This document shows, one piece after another, positions 38,793-49,598 of a DNA stretch of 64,000 nucleotides. This DNA comes from Lysobacter daejeonensis GH1-9. GTDB lineage: Bacteria; Pseudomonadota; Gammaproteobacteria; Xanthomonadales; Xanthomonadaceae. The stretch spans positions 3,080 through 67,079 of the forward strand of contig NZ_AVPU01000017.1 in the NCBI RefSeq assembly GCF_000768355.1, read 5' to 3'. The position numbers and the translations under genes were made by a program. The notes beneath the pieces were generated by a model. The model was not told where the DNA came from, did not search any database, and saw nothing but the letters and a program-made list of their open reading frames with translations. Numbering within the stretch: the stretch's first letter is position 1; the number at the start of each line of letters is the position of its first letter.

Positions 38793-40202
38793 ATGTCGTT
38801 CGAACACGTCGAAAAGCTGATCAAGGACCACAAGGTCGAATTCATCGACCTGCGTTTCACCGACATGCGCGGTGTGTGGCACCACGTGACCTTCCCGAAG
38901 TCGGTGGTGGAGCCGAGCCTGTTCGAGGACGGCAAGATGTTCGACGGCAGCTCGATCAGCGGCTGGCGCGGCATCCACCAGTCCGACATGGTGCTGCTGC
39001 CCGACGCCGGCACCGCGTTCCTGGACCCGTTCACCGCCGACCCGACGCTGGTGCTGACCTGCGACGTGCTCGACCCGACCACCATGCAGGCCTACGAGCG
39101 TGACCCGCGCGGCATCGCCAAGCGCGCCGAGTCGTTCCTCAAGTCCAGCGGCATCGCCGAACAGGCGTTCTTCGGCCCGGAGCCGGAGTTCTTCATCTTC
39201 GACAGCGTGCGCTACGCCAACGACATGGGCCACACCTTCTTCCACATCGATTCGGAAGAGGCGCACTGGAACTCGGGCCGTGAGTACGAAGGCGGCAACA
39301 CCGGCTACCGTCCGGGCGTGAAGGGCGGCTACTTCCCGGTGGCCCCGCTGGACACGCTGCACGACATCCGTGCCGAGATGTGCAAGACGCTCGAAGCCGT
39401 CGGCATCGAGGTCGAGGTGCACCACCACGAAGTGGCCAACGCCGGCCAGTGCGAGATCGGCACCAAGTTCAGCTCGCTGACCCGCAAGGCCGACGAGCTG
39501 CAGATGCTCAAGTACATCGTCAAGAACGTCGCCTACCGCAACGGCAAGACCGCGACCTTCATGCCCAAGCCGCTGGTCGGCGACAACGGCAGCGGCATGC
39601 ACGTGCACCAGTCGCTGGCCAAGGGTGGCGTCAACCTGTTCAACGGCGACGGCTACGGCGGCCTGTCGCAGATGGCGCTGTGGTACATCGGCGGCGTGTT
39701 CAAGCACGCGCGCGCGATCAATGCGTTCGCCAACTCCGCCACCAACTCGTACAAGCGCCTGGTGCCCGGCTTCGAGGCACCGGTGATGCTGGCCTACTCG
39801 GCCTCCAACCGCTCGGCGTCGTGCCGCATTCCGTACGTGGCCAACCCGAAGGCGCGCCGCATCGAGTTCCGCTTCCCGGATCCGGTGAACTCGGGCTACC
39901 TGACCTTCGCCGCGCTGATGATGGCCGGCCTGGACGGCATCCGTAACCAGATCGACCCGGGCGCGCCGAGTGACAAGGACCTGTACGACCTGCCGCCGGA
40001 AGAAGAGAAGAACATCCCGACCGTGTGCCACTCGCTGGACCAGGCGCTGGAAGCGCTGGACAAGGACCGCGAGTTCCTCACCGCCGGTGGCGTGTTCACC
40101 AACGACTTCATCGACGCCTACATCGGCCTGAAGATGAAGGAAGTGCAGCAGTTCCGCGCCGCGGTGCACCCGCTGGAGTACCAGCTGTACTACACCATCT
40201 GA
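38793..40202 (+). CDS. glnA: glutamine synthetase type I
   Basis: 469 aa; [28 protein letters not shown]-terminus and GSI motifs, including the adenylylation-site region NLYDLPPEE. Confidence 0.95.
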   Translation: MSFEHVEKLIKDHKVEFIDLRFTDMRGVWHHVTFPKSVVEPSLFEDGKMFDGSSISGWRGIHQSDMVLLPDAGTAFLDPFTADPTLVLTCDVLDPTTMQAYERDPRGIAKRAESFLKSSGIAEQAFFGPEPEFFIFDSVRYANDMGHTFFHIDSEEAHWNSGREYEGGNTGYRPGVKGGYFPVAPLDTLHDIRAEMCKTLEAVGIEVEVHHHEVANAGQCEIGTKFSSLTRKADELQMLKYIVKNVAYRNGKTATFMPKPLVGDNGSGMHVHQSLAKGGVNLFNGDGYGGLSQMALWYIGGVFKHARAINAFANSATNSYKRLVPGFEAPVMLAYSASNRSASCRIPYVANPKARRIEFRFPDPVNSGYLTFAALMMAGLDGIRNQIDPGAPSDKDLYDLPPEEEKNIPTVCHSLDQALEALDKDREFLTAGGVFTNDFIDAYIGLKMKEVQQFRAAVHPLEYQLYYTI

Positions 40203-40416
40203 TGCCGTAAACCGCCGTGCCTCGCATGGGGCACGGCACGGCAGGACGCCGCAGTACCGCAGCACCCATAACCAGAAACACCTGATAGGCCGCAACCGCC
40301 GGCGTGACCTGCACGAGCAGGCACGCACGGAGGCGGCACGGGGCAACTCGTGCCAAAGAAAGCAGCACGCAACACCGAGTGCATAACCAGGGAGGGCCTT
40401 TCGAGGAGCCTGGTTC

Positions 40417-41193
40417 ATGAAGTCTCGCAGCACGCAGTCCCGTTCCATCCGTGTTTCGTCCATCGCCCTGACCGTGTTTGCCGCCATGGGGATGGCGCAG
40501 GCGCACGCCGGCGTGTCCGGCTCGGCGGCACTGACCAGCGACTACGTCTTCCGCGGCGTGTCGCAGACCAACGGCGACCCCGCCGTGCAGGCCGGCGTCG
40601 AGTACGCGCACGACAGCGGTTTCTACGCCGGCACCTGGGGCAGCAACGTCAGTTGGTTGTCCGATTACTCCGCCGCCGGTGCGTCCGTCTCCAACAGCCT
40701 GGAGCTCGACGCCTACGCCGGCTACCGCGGCAAGCTGGGCGAGCGCGTCAGCTATGACGTCGGCGCGCTGTACTACTGGTATCCAGGCGACTACCCGGCA
40801 GGCTTCAACAGCCCCGACACCGGCGAGGTCTACGCCGGCCTGACCGTGGCCGCCACCGACGCGCTGTCGATTGGCGCCAAGTACTCCTACGCGGTTACCG
40901 ACCTGTTCGGCTACGTCGACTCCGACGGCAGTGGTTACCTCGACGTCAACGCCACTTACACGCTGGGTGGTGGCTGGTCGCTGGCCGCGCACGGCGGCAA
41001 GCAGTGGATCGAGAACAACGAAGCCTACGAATACGCCGATTGGAAGCTGGGCGTGAGCAAGGCTTTCGACAACGGCTTCTCGGTGGGCCTGGCCTATACC
41101 GACACCGACGCCGACGAGGTGCTCTACACCAACGCCTACGGCAACGAGATCGCCGGCAGCGCAGTGGCGCTGACCGTGAGCAAGGCGTTCTGA
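40417..41193 (+). CDS. TorF-family putative outer-membrane porin (TIGR02001-like)
   Basis: Signal peptide; beta-strand-rich with a C-terminal aromatic residue; the SDYVFRGVSQT motif is characteristic. Sits between glnA and glnK-amtB, as in many proteobacteria. Confidence 0.65.
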   Translation: MKSRSTQSRSIRVSSIALTVFAAMGMAQAHAGVSGSAALTSDYVFRGVSQTNGDPAVQAGVEYAHDSGFYAGTWGSNVSWLSDYSAAGASVSNSLELDAYAGYRGKLGERVSYDVGALYYWYPGDYPAGFNSPDTGEVYAGLTVAATDALSIGAKYSYAVTDLFGYVDSDGSGYLDVNATYTLGGGWSLAAHGGKQWIENNEAYEYADWKLGVSKAFDNGFSVGLAYTDTDADEVLYTNAYGNEIAGSAVALTVSKAF

Positions 41194-41200
41194 GCGATGA

Positions 41201-41581
<381 letters not shown>

Positions 41582-41597
41582 ACCGGGGGACTGCACG

Positions 41598-43016
41598 ATG
41601 AAGCACAACGACATGATGAAGCCGGTGCTGGCGATCGCCGCACCGGACAAGCCCCGGATGACGGGCCGTCTGGCACACGCTGTCTGGGGAGCGGCGGTGC
41701 TGGGTGCGCTGGCGGCGTGGCTGCCGGCGCACGCGCAGGATGCCGCGGAGGTGGCGCAGGCCGCTGCCTCCGCGGCGGCGCCGGTGGTGGAGAAGGGCGA
41801 CGTGGCGTGGATGATGACGTCCACGCTGCTGGTGTTGCTGATGGTGGTGCCGGGATTGGCGCTGTTCTACGGCGGCCTGGTGCGCAGCAAGAACGTGCTG
41901 TCGGTGCTGATGCAGGTGCTGACGGTGTTCTCTCTGATCGTGCTGCTGTGGGTGGCCTACGGTTACTCGCTGGCGTTCGCCGGCGGCAACGCGTTCATCG
42001 GCACGCTGGACCGGGTGTTCCTGCTGGGCATCACCAAGGACTCGCTGGCGGCGACGTTCACCGCGGGTGTGTCGATTCCCGAGTACGTGTTCGTGGCGTT
42101 CCAGGCCACCTTCGCCGGCATCACCGGCGCGCTGATCGTTGGCGCGTTCGCCGAGCGCATCAAGTTCCGCGCGGTGCTGCTGTTCTCGGTGTTGTGGTTC
42201 ACCTTCGCCTACCTGCCGATTGCGCACATGGTCTGGTACGCGCCTGACGGGTTCCTGTTCGCCAAGGGCGCGATTGATTTCGCCGGCGGCACGGTGGTGC
42301 ACATCAATGCGGGTGTGGCCGGGCTGGTGGGCGCGTACCTGGTGGGCAAGCGCACTGGTTACGGCCGTGACGCGATCAAGCCGCACAACGTGACCTTCAC
42401 CATGGTCGGCGCGTCGCTGCTGTGGGTGGGCTGGTTCGGCTTCAACGCCGGTTCCAACCTCGAGGCCACGGCCGGCGCGGCACTGGCGTTCATCAACACG
42501 CTGGTGGCCACCGCGGCCGCGGCGATCGCATGGACGCTGGTGGAAGCGGTGCACAAGGGCAAGCCGTCGATGCTCGGCGGCGCCTCGGGCGTGGTGGCCG
42601 GCCTGGTCGGCATCACCCCGGCGTGCGGCACGGTCGGTCCGCTGGGCGCGATCGTGATCGGCGCGGTGGCGGGCCTGGCCGGCGTGTGGGGCGTGACCGG
42701 GCTGAAGCGCCTGCTGCGCGCCGACGACTCGCTGGACGTGTTCGGCGTGCACGGCGTGGGCGGCATCGTCGGCGCGCTGTTGACCGGCGTGTTCACCGCA
42801 CCGTCGCTCGGCGGCACCGGTGCGGCCGATTTCTCCATCACACACCAGGTGGGCGTGCAGGCGCTGGGCGTGGGCATCACCGTGGTGTGGTCGGGCGTGG
42901 TCTCGCTGCTGGCCTTCGGTCTGGTCAAGGCGCTGGTCGGCCTGCGCGTGCCGGAGGAATCCGAACGCGAAGGCCTGGACATCACCTCGCACGGCGAAAC
43001 CGCATACGAAAGCTGA
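41598..43016 (+). CDS. amtB: ammonium transporter
   Basis: Signal peptide plus 11 TM helices; the Amt family signature and glnK linkage. Confidence 0.9.
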   Translation: MKHNDMMKPVLAIAAPDKPRMTGRLAHAVWGAAVLGALAAWLPAHAQDAAEVAQAAASAAAPVVEKGDVAWMMTSTLLVLLMVVPGLALFYGGLVRSKNVLSVLMQVLTVFSLIVLLWVAYGYSLAFAGGNAFIGTLDRVFLLGITKDSLAATFTAGVSIPEYVFVAFQATFAGITGALIVGAFAERIKFRAVLLFSVLWFTFAYLPIAHMVWYAPDGFLFAKGAIDFAGGTVVHINAGVAGLVGAYLVGKRTGYGRDAIKPHNVTFTMVGASLLWVGWFGFNAGSNLEATAGAALAFINTLVATAAAAIAWTLVEAVHKGKPSMLGGASGVVAGLVGITPACGTVGPLGAIVIGAVAGLAGVWGVTGLKRLLRADDSLDVFGVHGVGGIVGALLTGVFTAPSLGGTGAADFSITHQVGVQALGVGITVVWSGVVSLLAFGLVKALVGLRVPEESEREGLDITSHGETAYES

Positions 43017-43074
43017 GCGCGGCGTTTGGCATCTCTCAACGAAGACGGGCTCACCCTCCCCCCGTTTTCGCCTT

Positions 43075-43103
43075 TGGGCCCGGGTTTCCCGGGCCCGGTT
43101 TTT
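43075..43103 (+). terminator. rho-independent terminator after amtB
   Basis: GGGCCCGGG-ttt-CCCGGGCCC hairpin followed by GGTTTTTATT. Confidence 0.75.
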
Positions 43104-43187
43104 ATTCAGCGTCGTGGCAGGGTATGGCCCATGGCACCCCGACGGCCAATGCGCGGTGCGCCCGGGTTCGCGCAACGGAGATGCGAC

Positions 43188-43709
43188 ATGATCAGCTACC
43201 GCGAAGTGCGACGTGACGACACCCCGCTGATCGCGGACCTGTGCCTGCTGTTGCAGGACAGCGTGGCGCGTGGCGCATCGGTCGGGTTCCTGCATCCATT
43301 GCGCCTGCATACGGCAGCCGAGTACTGGCATGGGACGTTGCGGACGCTGGGGCGCATGCAGCGGATGTGGGTGGCCCAGCACGGCACGCGCACGGTGGGC
43401 ACGGTGCAACTGGTGCTGTGCGAGCGGGAAAATGCGCGCCACCGCGGCGAAGTACAGAAGTTGCTGGTGCTGGCCGGGTATCGGCGCCGGGGCATCGCCT
43501 CGCGCCTGCTGGACCAGGTGGACGCGTGCGCCGATGCCGAGGCGCGCACGCTGTTGGTGCTGGACACGGCAGCCGGTTCGCCGGCCGAGCGGCTGTATCA
43601 GGCCCGCGGATGGGCCCGTGCGGGCGCCATTCCCGACTTCGCCCGCGAGCCGGCGGGCGGGCTGACACCGACGGTGCTGTATTACCGGCGTCGCGAGGGC
43701 GCGGCCTGA
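43188..43709 (+). CDS. GNAT family N-acetyltransferase
   Basis: Acetyl-CoA binding motif region QKLLVLAGYRRRGIASRLL. ACGGAG RBS before ATG 43188. Confidence 0.7.
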   Translation: MISYREVRRDDTPLIADLCLLLQDSVARGASVGFLHPLRLHTAAEYWHGTLRTLGRMQRMWVAQHGTRTVGTVQLVLCERENARHRGEVQKLLVLAGYRRRGIASRLLDQVDACADAEARTLLVLDTAAGSPAERLYQARGWARAGAIPDFAREPAGGLTPTVLYYRRREGAA

Positions 43710-43749
43710 CAGGCGCGGGGCCCCCGTTCCGTGACCGGTCCACGCCGGT

Positions 43750-44148
43750 TTGGGCGTTACGCTAGCTTGGCGCCGCCACATCGTGCGGCCGGATCCGAAC
43801 CGCGTGGGCATTCTTTTCCATCTCGATGAACGACGTCCCCGCACGGCCGGCCCCAGCGCCGCGCCGATCTCGGTCACGGCCTTTGGTTTCTGCATCGGCC
43901 CGACCTTCGTGCCGTGGCAGGCGGTGTCGATGATCCACGCCAGCCGCGTGCACGGCACCCCGAGCGACGATGTGGTGCTGGAGTTTGCCGCCCACGGGCA
44001 ATGCCTGCCGGTCCGCGCGGCGCAGCCTGGGTTCGCGGCGCTGGAGGCCGCCATGACCGGGGCCTTCCCCGAAACCACCGGCTGGCGCGAGGCCTTGCAG
44101 ACCCTGTCGCGCCCGCGTGGGCGGACGCTGCTCTACCAGCGACCGTGA
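43750..44148 (+). CDS. hypothetical protein
   Basis: Only an ORF with coding-like GC3. No family recognised and no clear RBS. Confidence 0.25.
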   Translation: MGVTLAWRRHIVRPDPNRVGILFHLDERRPRTAGPSAAPISVTAFGFCIGPTFVPWQAVSMIHASRVHGTPSDDVVLEFAAHGQCLPVRAAQPGFAALEAAMTGAFPETTGWREALQTLSRPRGRTLLYQRP

Positions 44149-44169
44149 CTTGAGGTCAGCGCGGGTCGT

Positions 44170-44736
44170 TCAGCCCGCGCGGCGTGCACCGGCCACGAAC
44201 GCCGCAAAGCCGCTGACGAACGCCACCAGTTGACGCTGCACCAGGTCGTTGACCAGCATGCCCTCGGCATCGAACGCTTCGTGCGCACGCGACACCATCA
44301 GCCGGCCGCCGGCCCACTGCTGCATGCCCAGCGTGCGCAGCACGGGCAACCACGCGTTCTGCGAGAGGATGGTGCCGAAACCCCCGGGCGAGGCACCCAG
44401 CATGGCCACCGGCCGTCCGCCGAACACCGCGGGAATGTCGCTGGACGGGCGCGACAGCCAATCGATGGCGTTCTTGAACACGCCGGGGATGCCGTTGTTG
44501 TACTCCGGGGTGACCAGCAGGAGCCCGTCGCAGGCCAGCACGCGCGCCTTCAGCGCCTGCACGGCCGCAGGCAGGCCATCCCGCGCCTCAACGTCGCCGT
44601 CGTACAGCGGGATCCCATGCAGCGTGGCGACCTCCAGCGCGACGTCGTCGCCGGCCACGCGCTGGGCCGCGCGCAGCAGCGCGGTGTTGTAGGACTGGCG
44701 GCGCAGGCTGCCGGAGATGCCGAGGATGCGGATCAT
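44170..44736 (-). CDS. NADPH-dependent FMN reductase (ChrR/YieF-like)
   Basis: MIRILGISGSLRRQSYNTALL...LVTPEYNNGIPGVFKNAIDWLS is the flavodoxin-like FMN reductase signature. GGAG RBS before ATG at 44736. Confidence 0.8.
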   Translation of the reverse strand: MIRILGISGSLRRQSYNTALLRAAQRVAGDDVALEVATLHGIPLYDGDVEARDGLPAAVQALKARVLACDGLLLVTPEYNNGIPGVFKNAIDWLSRPSSDIPAVFGGRPVAMLGASPGGFGTILSQNAWLPVLRTLGMQQWAGGRLMVSRAHEAFDAEGMLVNDLVQRQLVAFVSGFAAFVAGARRAG

Positions 44737-44925
44737 GGGTGACTCCAACGAGGGGCGCCCTGGTGCGCCAATGTCGTGTTGAACAACGTTGCGGTGGGGC
44801 GCTCCGGGTCAGCGGACCCGCTCGAACACCACCGAAACGCGCCCGGTGTAATGCACCTCCGGTTGAAGGTAGCGGCCCGGCGCCCCCCGTCGCCTCGCGC
44901 GAGCCGTTACCTCAACAACCTGCAG

Positions 44926-46314
44926 TTACCGCTTCGCCCAACGGCACAGCCCGGCGATCGCCACGGTCAATGCGACGGTGGACAGCAACTGGGTGCGCGA
45001 AGCCGGCGACAGCAGGGTCAACGCAAAAATCAGCCCGAGGATGCCAAGCCCGGCCAGCGTCACGTACGGAAATCCGCGCATGCGGAACGGCAGCCCGCGA
45101 CCCTGGCGGTCGGCGCGACGACGCAGCACCCACTGCGAGGCGAGGGTGATGGTCCAGACCATCAGGCAGGTCGAGCCGACCAGGTTCAGCAGCGCCGGCA
45201 GCACCTTGTCCGGCCAACGCAACTCCAGCGCGGTGGCGAAGAAGCCGAACGCCACGCTGGCCAACACGGCCAGCACCGGCACGCGCTGGGCGTCCAGGCG
45301 GGCCAGCGCACGTGGTGCCTCGTTGCGTTGCGCCAGTGAGTAGATCATCCGCGACGCACCGTACAGGTTGGCGTTGAGCGCCGAGAGCAGCGCCACCACC
45401 GCGACCAGCGTGATCGCCGCGGCCGCCCCCGGAATGCGCGCCACCTCCAGCACTGCGGCAAACGGCGACTTCAGCGCCTCGCTGGTCCACGGCACCACCG
45501 CGATGATCACCGCCAGCGACCCCAGGTAGAACACCAGGATGCGCCACGCCACGGTGCGGATCGCCTGTGCGAGGCTGCGGCCCGGGTGTTCGGACTCGGC
45601 GGCCGCGATGGCGACGATCTCGGTGCCGCCGAAGGCGAATACCACCACCAGCAGCGCCGCGCCAATACCGGCCAGTCCTTTCGGGGCAAAGCCGCCATGC
45701 GCGGTGAAGTTGCTCCAGCCCGGCGGCGTCACCTGCGGCAGCCAGCCCATCAGCAGCGCGATGCCGATGGCGATGAAGGCCAGGATGGCCACCACCTTCA
45801 CGATCGCGAACCAGAATTCGAACTCGCCGAAGTTGCGAACGCCCAGCAGGTTGATCGCGGTGAACACCACCATGAAGCCCAACGACAGCCACGGCACCGG
45901 CAGCGCCGGCCACAGCGTGGCCAGCAGCCCCGCCGCGCCCACCGATTCGGCGGCCACCACGATCACCACCTGCAGCCACCACAGCCAGCCGACCGTGGCG
46001 CCGGCCACCGGCCCGAAGGCATCGGCGGCGTACACCGAGAACGCGCCGCTGGCCGGATGCGCCGCGGCCATCTCGCCCAGCGCATGCATGACGATGATCA
46101 CCAGCGCGCCGGCGATCAGATACGACACCAGCACCGCCGGCCCCGCGGCCTGGATGCCCACGCCCGAGCCGAGGAACAGGCCGGCGCCGATCGCCGTGCC
46201 CAACCCCATCATGATCAGCTGCCGCGGTTTCAGCGCGTGCTGCAGCGGCGTGGTATCGGCTGCCGCCATCGGCGAGGAGGATGCGGACAGTGCGGAACGG
46301 TCGGGGCTGGACAT
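44926..46314 (-). CDS. amino acid permease (APC superfamily)
   Basis: 12 TM helices; LKPRQLIMMGLGTAIGAGLFLGSG is the amino-acid permease N-terminal signature. Start set at MSSPDRS (46314), uncertain. Confidence 0.8.
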   Translation of the reverse strand: MSSPDRSALSASSSPMAAADTTPLQHALKPRQLIMMGLGTAIGAGLFLGSGVGIQAAGPAVLVSYLIAGALVIIVMHALGEMAAAHPASGAFSVYAADAFGPVAGATVGWLWWLQVVIVVAAESVGAAGLLATLWPALPVPWLSLGFMVVFTAINLLGVRNFGEFEFWFAIVKVVAILAFIAIGIALLMGWLPQVTPPGWSNFTAHGGFAPKGLAGIGAALLVVVFAFGGTEIVAIAAAESEHPGRSLAQAIRTVAWRILVFYLGSLAVIIAVVPWTSEALKSPFAAVLEVARIPGAAAAITLVAVVALLSALNANLYGASRMIYSLAQRNEAPRALARLDAQRVPVLAVLASVAFGFFATALELRWPDKVLPALLNLVGSTCLMVWTITLASQWVLRRRADRQGRGLPFRMRGFPYVTLAGLGILGLIFALTLLSPASRTQLLSTVALTVAIAGLCRWAKR

Positions 46315-46441
46315 CGGGCGGGCACGCGCTCCGGAGCGGATCGGTCGAGGTGCGTCACCATACCGCGGCGCGGCCCCCTCCAGCGCGCACGGCACCGCAT
46401 GCGCTATGCCGCGATGCCAGGGCAGGATGGTCGCGGCCGCC

Positions 46442-46945
46442 TCAGGGCGTCCTTGGCGCGCACACCGGGCTGCCCTTGTCGAACACCACCTTCCACACGC
46501 CGGGCGCCTCGCGACGCCAGATCGAGTTGAAGCGGGCGATGACCTTGCCCGACGGGTCGCGCACCGGTCCGGTGCTCAGCGCCAGCGTCCCCGAATCCAG
46601 CACCTGCACCTGGTCGGGTTCCCACGAGAACGGCGCGTCCGGGCCTTCGTACAACCGCGCCCACGACTCGGCCACCGCCGCGCGCCCCCGCGTGGCCTGC
46701 TCACCGGAGAAGAACACCGTCTCTTCCGCCAGGAAGCCGGCGAAGGCGGCGTGGTCGCGGTCGGCCATGGTCTTGGCGAAGGCGCGCTCGGCGGCCATCA
46801 CTTCGGCCTGGGCCACGGCCAGGGCGTCGGCGGGAGCGGGGGCCGTCATGGCGGTGCCGGGAGACGTGGCGACGGCTCCGGCGTCTGCCGGCGAGGTCAC
46901 GGTGGTAGCCAGCAGCAGGACGGTGATCGTGGCGGTGCGCAGCAT
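46442..46945 (-). CDS. NTF2-like (SnoaL/DUF4440) secreted protein
   Basis: Signal peptide; NTF2-like fold pattern (AFAKTMADRDHAAFAGFLAEETVFF...WREAPGVWKVVFDKG). Confidence 0.6.
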   Translation of the reverse strand: MLRTATITVLLLATTVTSPADAGAVATSPGTAMTAPAPADALAVAQAEVMAAERAFAKTMADRDHAAFAGFLAEETVFFSGEQATRGRAAVAESWARLYEGPDAPFSWEPDQVQVLDSGTLALSTGPVRDPSGKVIARFNSIWRREAPGVWKVVFDKGSPVCAPRTP

Positions 46946-47144
46946 GGACGAAGGCCGGGGAGGGGGACCGTGCCACTACACGCCACTGCACGGGCCGTGG
47001 CACGTCCCAAAGGTGAGGGTGACTTGACGCCTGTCGGCTGCCAAGGGGGGGCGGTGCTCCGATCGCGTGCGCCTGATCTGGGTCAGCGCGTCGGTGGCGC
47101 CGCGGCCGTAGCGTGGCGCTTCCCCTCCTCGAGTCGGTTCCGCC

Positions 47145-47405
47145 ATGTCCAACTGCAGCAGCGTCACCCCCAACCCCGAGACCGCCCACCTGTTCGACGC
47201 CCGCGGCGTGGCCCGACGCTTCCGCCACTCGGCCATCTTCGGCGCGCTGGGCGCGTTGTATCCGGGCGAGACCATGCGCTTCGTCAACGACCACGACCCG
47301 ATCCCGCTGCTGGGCCAGTTGCAGGAAAAGTTCGGCGACGGCCTGAACATCGCCTATCGCCAGCGCGAGCCGGGGGCGGTGGTGATCGACTTCACCGTGG
47401 TCTGA
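47145..47405 (+). CDS. DUF2249 domain protein
   Basis: FDARG...PGETMRFVNDHDPIPLLGQLQEKFG matches the DUF2249 pattern. Confidence 0.65.
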   Translation: MSNCSSVTPNPETAHLFDARGVARRFRHSAIFGALGALYPGETMRFVNDHDPIPLLGQLQEKFGDGLNIAYRQREPGAVVIDFTVV

Positions 47406-47485
47406 AACGCGGGCGTCTCCATCGGCCGATGACGTTGCCGGGGCCGCTCATTAGACTGGCGCCACCCCCGCGCCCGCCCTTATGG

Positions 47486-48097
47486 AGATTCCGCATGCGC
47501 TTGAGTCCTGCTGTCCTGATCACCTGCCTGATGCTCGCCACCGGGTTGGCGTCGCCGTCCGCGGCTGCCACCGAAAAGTACCTGCCGTCGGTCATGCCCA
47601 ATCCGGCGCCGAGCGAGCCGCTGGCCAACTTCGACCGCGTCGAGGTGACCCCGGTGACCATTGCAGCACCGTTCGACAAGCACAACGCCAACATCGCGGC
47701 GCGGGACAAGATCCAGACCCACCTGGGCAACCGGTTGTCGGCCTGGGTGCTGGCGATGAACACGCGGCCCCCCAAGGGCGCGACGCCGCGGGTGATGGTG
47801 GTCGAACCGGTGATCGAGAAGATCAAGTTCATCGGTACCGGGGCGCGCATCTGGGCGGGCGCGTTCGCCGGCAGCTCGCAGGTGCTGATGCGCGTGCGCC
47901 TGCGCGACAAGGAGACCGGCGCGGTGGTGGCCGAGCCGCAGTTCTACCAGCGCGCCAACGCCTGGGGCGGAGCGTATTCGGCAGGGGGCACGGACAACGA
48001 CATGCTCAGCCGCATCACCGACCTCGTGGCCGGCTACCTCGGCACCAACCTGGAGACGTCGGTCGGTGGCCCGACGGGTGGCGAAGGGTTGGAGTAA
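47486..48097 (+). CDS. exported protein of unknown function (possibly DUF4410-like)
   Basis: Lipoprotein-like signal MRLSPAVLITCLMLATGLASPSAA; GGAGAT RBS. It is the 3' in-frame segment of the spurious 852-aa ORF. Confidence 0.55.
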   Translation, partial: RFRMRLSPAVLITCLMLATGLASPSAAATEKYLPSVMPNPAPSEPLANFDRVEVTPVTIAAPFDKHNANIAARDKIQTHLGNRLSAWVLAMNTRPPKGATPRVMVVEPVIEKIKFIGTGARIWAGAFAGSSQVLMRVRLRDKETGAVVAEPQFYQRANAWGGAYSAGGTDNDMLSRITDLVAGYLGTNLETSVGGPTGGEGLE

Positions 48098-48116
48098 CGC
48101 AATCCGTTCCCCCCGC

Positions 48117-48160
48117 GGATGCCCTGGAAGCCCGGCCTTGGCCGGGCATCCTTGATTTGT
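48117..48160 (+). terminator. rho-independent terminator upstream of the nine-gene operon
   Basis: GGATGCCC/GCCCGGCC-ttg-GCCGGGC/ATCC nested hairpin followed by TTGATTTGT. Confidence 0.5.
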
Positions 48161-48181
48161 GGGCGACCCTCTTGCGATCTT

Positions 48182-48211
48182 TCATGTAAGGAGATAGGTT
48201 TGCTTACATGA
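48182..48211 (+). promoter_or_regulatory. 9-bp inverted repeat enclosing the SD and start codon of the first operon gene
   Basis: TCATGTAAG-gagataggtttg-CTTACATGA; the start ATG 48208-48210 lies inside the right arm and the GGAG SD lies in the loop. Confidence 0.45.
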
Positions 48212-48858
48212 AAGCTGCAAAGCCCTCCTCAGTCTACGTTCGCGAATTCCGCGAGCGGATGCGGCGTGCGGGCCTGATAAAAAAGGATGTGTGGATCCTG
48301 CCCGGCTACGCCGCGGACCTGGCCACCATTGAAAAGCGGTTTCGGCAGGTACCCGGCGAGGCGGGTACGGACCCGTTGGCTCAGGGTGGTGCCTGGCCGT
48401 CCGTGGACGGCTGGACCCTAGGAGCATTGCAATCCGCAATCGAGGCCAGTCCGCTGGTCCAGGTGGGGAGCGTGGATGTCGCGAGGATCGAAGGCGCCGA
48501 CCCTGCGTTGAGCCTGGTGATGCGCGATCACGGCGATCTGCCGGTCTTCCTGGTCGTGGGCGCCCTTCAGATCGTGGTGCAGGCGCTCCTGTGGCCGGTG
48601 GACCATGTGCGTGACCCGGCCGCCTTCAATGCGTACGTGCTGGGCACGCACAAATTCGTGCCCCTCAGCAACGTGGGGGTCGAGTCCGTGGCCGGCGTGC
48701 CCTGCTACATCCTGTTCGGCTCGCTGGACACGCAATCGAGCCTGACCAACATCCTGTTCGAGATCCAGACGCTGGCCGACAATGTCATTGCGTCTGTCGA
48801 TGCATACCGCAGCTTCCTCAAGGATGAGGTCCTCATGCAGGCAGGATTGAGCGCGTGA
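48208..48858 (+). CDS. hypothetical protein, first gene of operon (possibly YjfI/DUF2170-like)
   Basis: 216 aa with no strong motif. The family assignment rests only on the fact that it immediately precedes a PspA-like gene, as yjfI-yjfJ does in E. coli. Confidence 0.4.
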   Translation: MKAAKPSSVYVREFRERMRRAGLIKKDVWILPGYAADLATIEKRFRQVPGEAGTDPLAQGGAWPSVDGWTLGALQSAIEASPLVQVGSVDVARIEGADPALSLVMRDHGDLPVFLVVGALQIVVQALLWPVDHVRDPAAFNAYVLGTHKFVPLSNVGVESVAGVPCYILFGSLDTQSSLTNILFEIQTLADNVIASVDAYRSFLKDEVLMQAGLSA

Positions 48859-49598
48859 AGCCGGGTATCCCCTTCCTCGCCCGGGTCCGTTCCCAATTGT
48901 CCGAACTGGGAAGCACGGTCCGCGACGCAGTGCGCGAGGCCAGCAGCCAGCGCGTCCTGGACGAGCAGTTGCAACGGATGAACGAAGAGGTCCGCATTCT
49001 GCGGCGCGAGCTCGACACGCTTAACGCCCAGTGGATAACGACGCAGGAGCGACACGACGCGGTCACCGCGAAGCTCGTTGAGCGTGAGGCGCAGGCACTC
49101 GCGGCCGTGAAGGCCGGGCGGCATGATCTGGCGCGTGAGGTGGCCGCCGCGATCGTAGGCCTGGAGTTTGAACGGGACGCCGAGCGCGCGTTGCTGGCGC
49201 GCAACGCCAGTCACCGCACGGAGCTGCGGGCACGGCTGCAGCTAGGCGAGAACCTGCAGCGCAGGCTGGGGCACGAGCTGGACCTGTTGCGTACCGCCGC
49301 AGCGGTTGCCCGGGCCGAGGACGCCTTTGCTGAGCGTTCGGCGGGGGCCACGCTGGGCATTCCCACGGCGCTCGAGTCACTGGGCGTGCTCAGGGCGCGC
49401 GGTACCGTGCAGGCGCAACCCGCAAGCCTTCCAAACGAAGGCACCCCGCCAGAGGATCCGCTGGATGAGAAGCTCCGCGCCGCCGGCATCGGGGAACCGC
49501 GCTCTCCGGTGGACACGGTCCTCGATCGGATCGCCGCGCAGGCGGAACCACTCACCAAGCCCAAGCGCCGCATTTCCCGCCGCAAGGACACGCCATGA
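48855..49598 (+). CDS. PspA/IM30 family protein (YjfJ-like)
   Basis: Coiled-coil protein; N-terminus ...LARVRSQLSELGSTVRDAVREASSQRVLDEQLQRMNEEVRILRRELDTLNAQ resembles the PspA/IM30 helix alpha1-alpha2 region. GTGA start overlap with the upstream stop. Confidence 0.65.
   Translation: MKPGIPFLARVRSQLSELGSTVRDAVREASSQRVLDEQLQRMNEEVRILRRELDTLNAQWITTQERHDAVTAKLVEREAQALAAVKAGRHDLAREVAAAIVGLEFERDAERALLARNASHRTELRARLQLGENLQRRLGHELDLLRTAAAVARAEDAFAERSAGATLGIPTALESLGVLRARGTVQAQPASLPNEGTPPEDPLDEKLRAAGIGEPRSPVDTVLDRIAAQAEPLTKPKRRISRRKDTP

Noticed and set aside
45539-48097. 852-aa forward ORF
   Set aside because: Most of it is antisense to the APC permease and NTF2 genes. Only the final 612 nt (47486-48097), with its own RBS and signal peptide, were kept.
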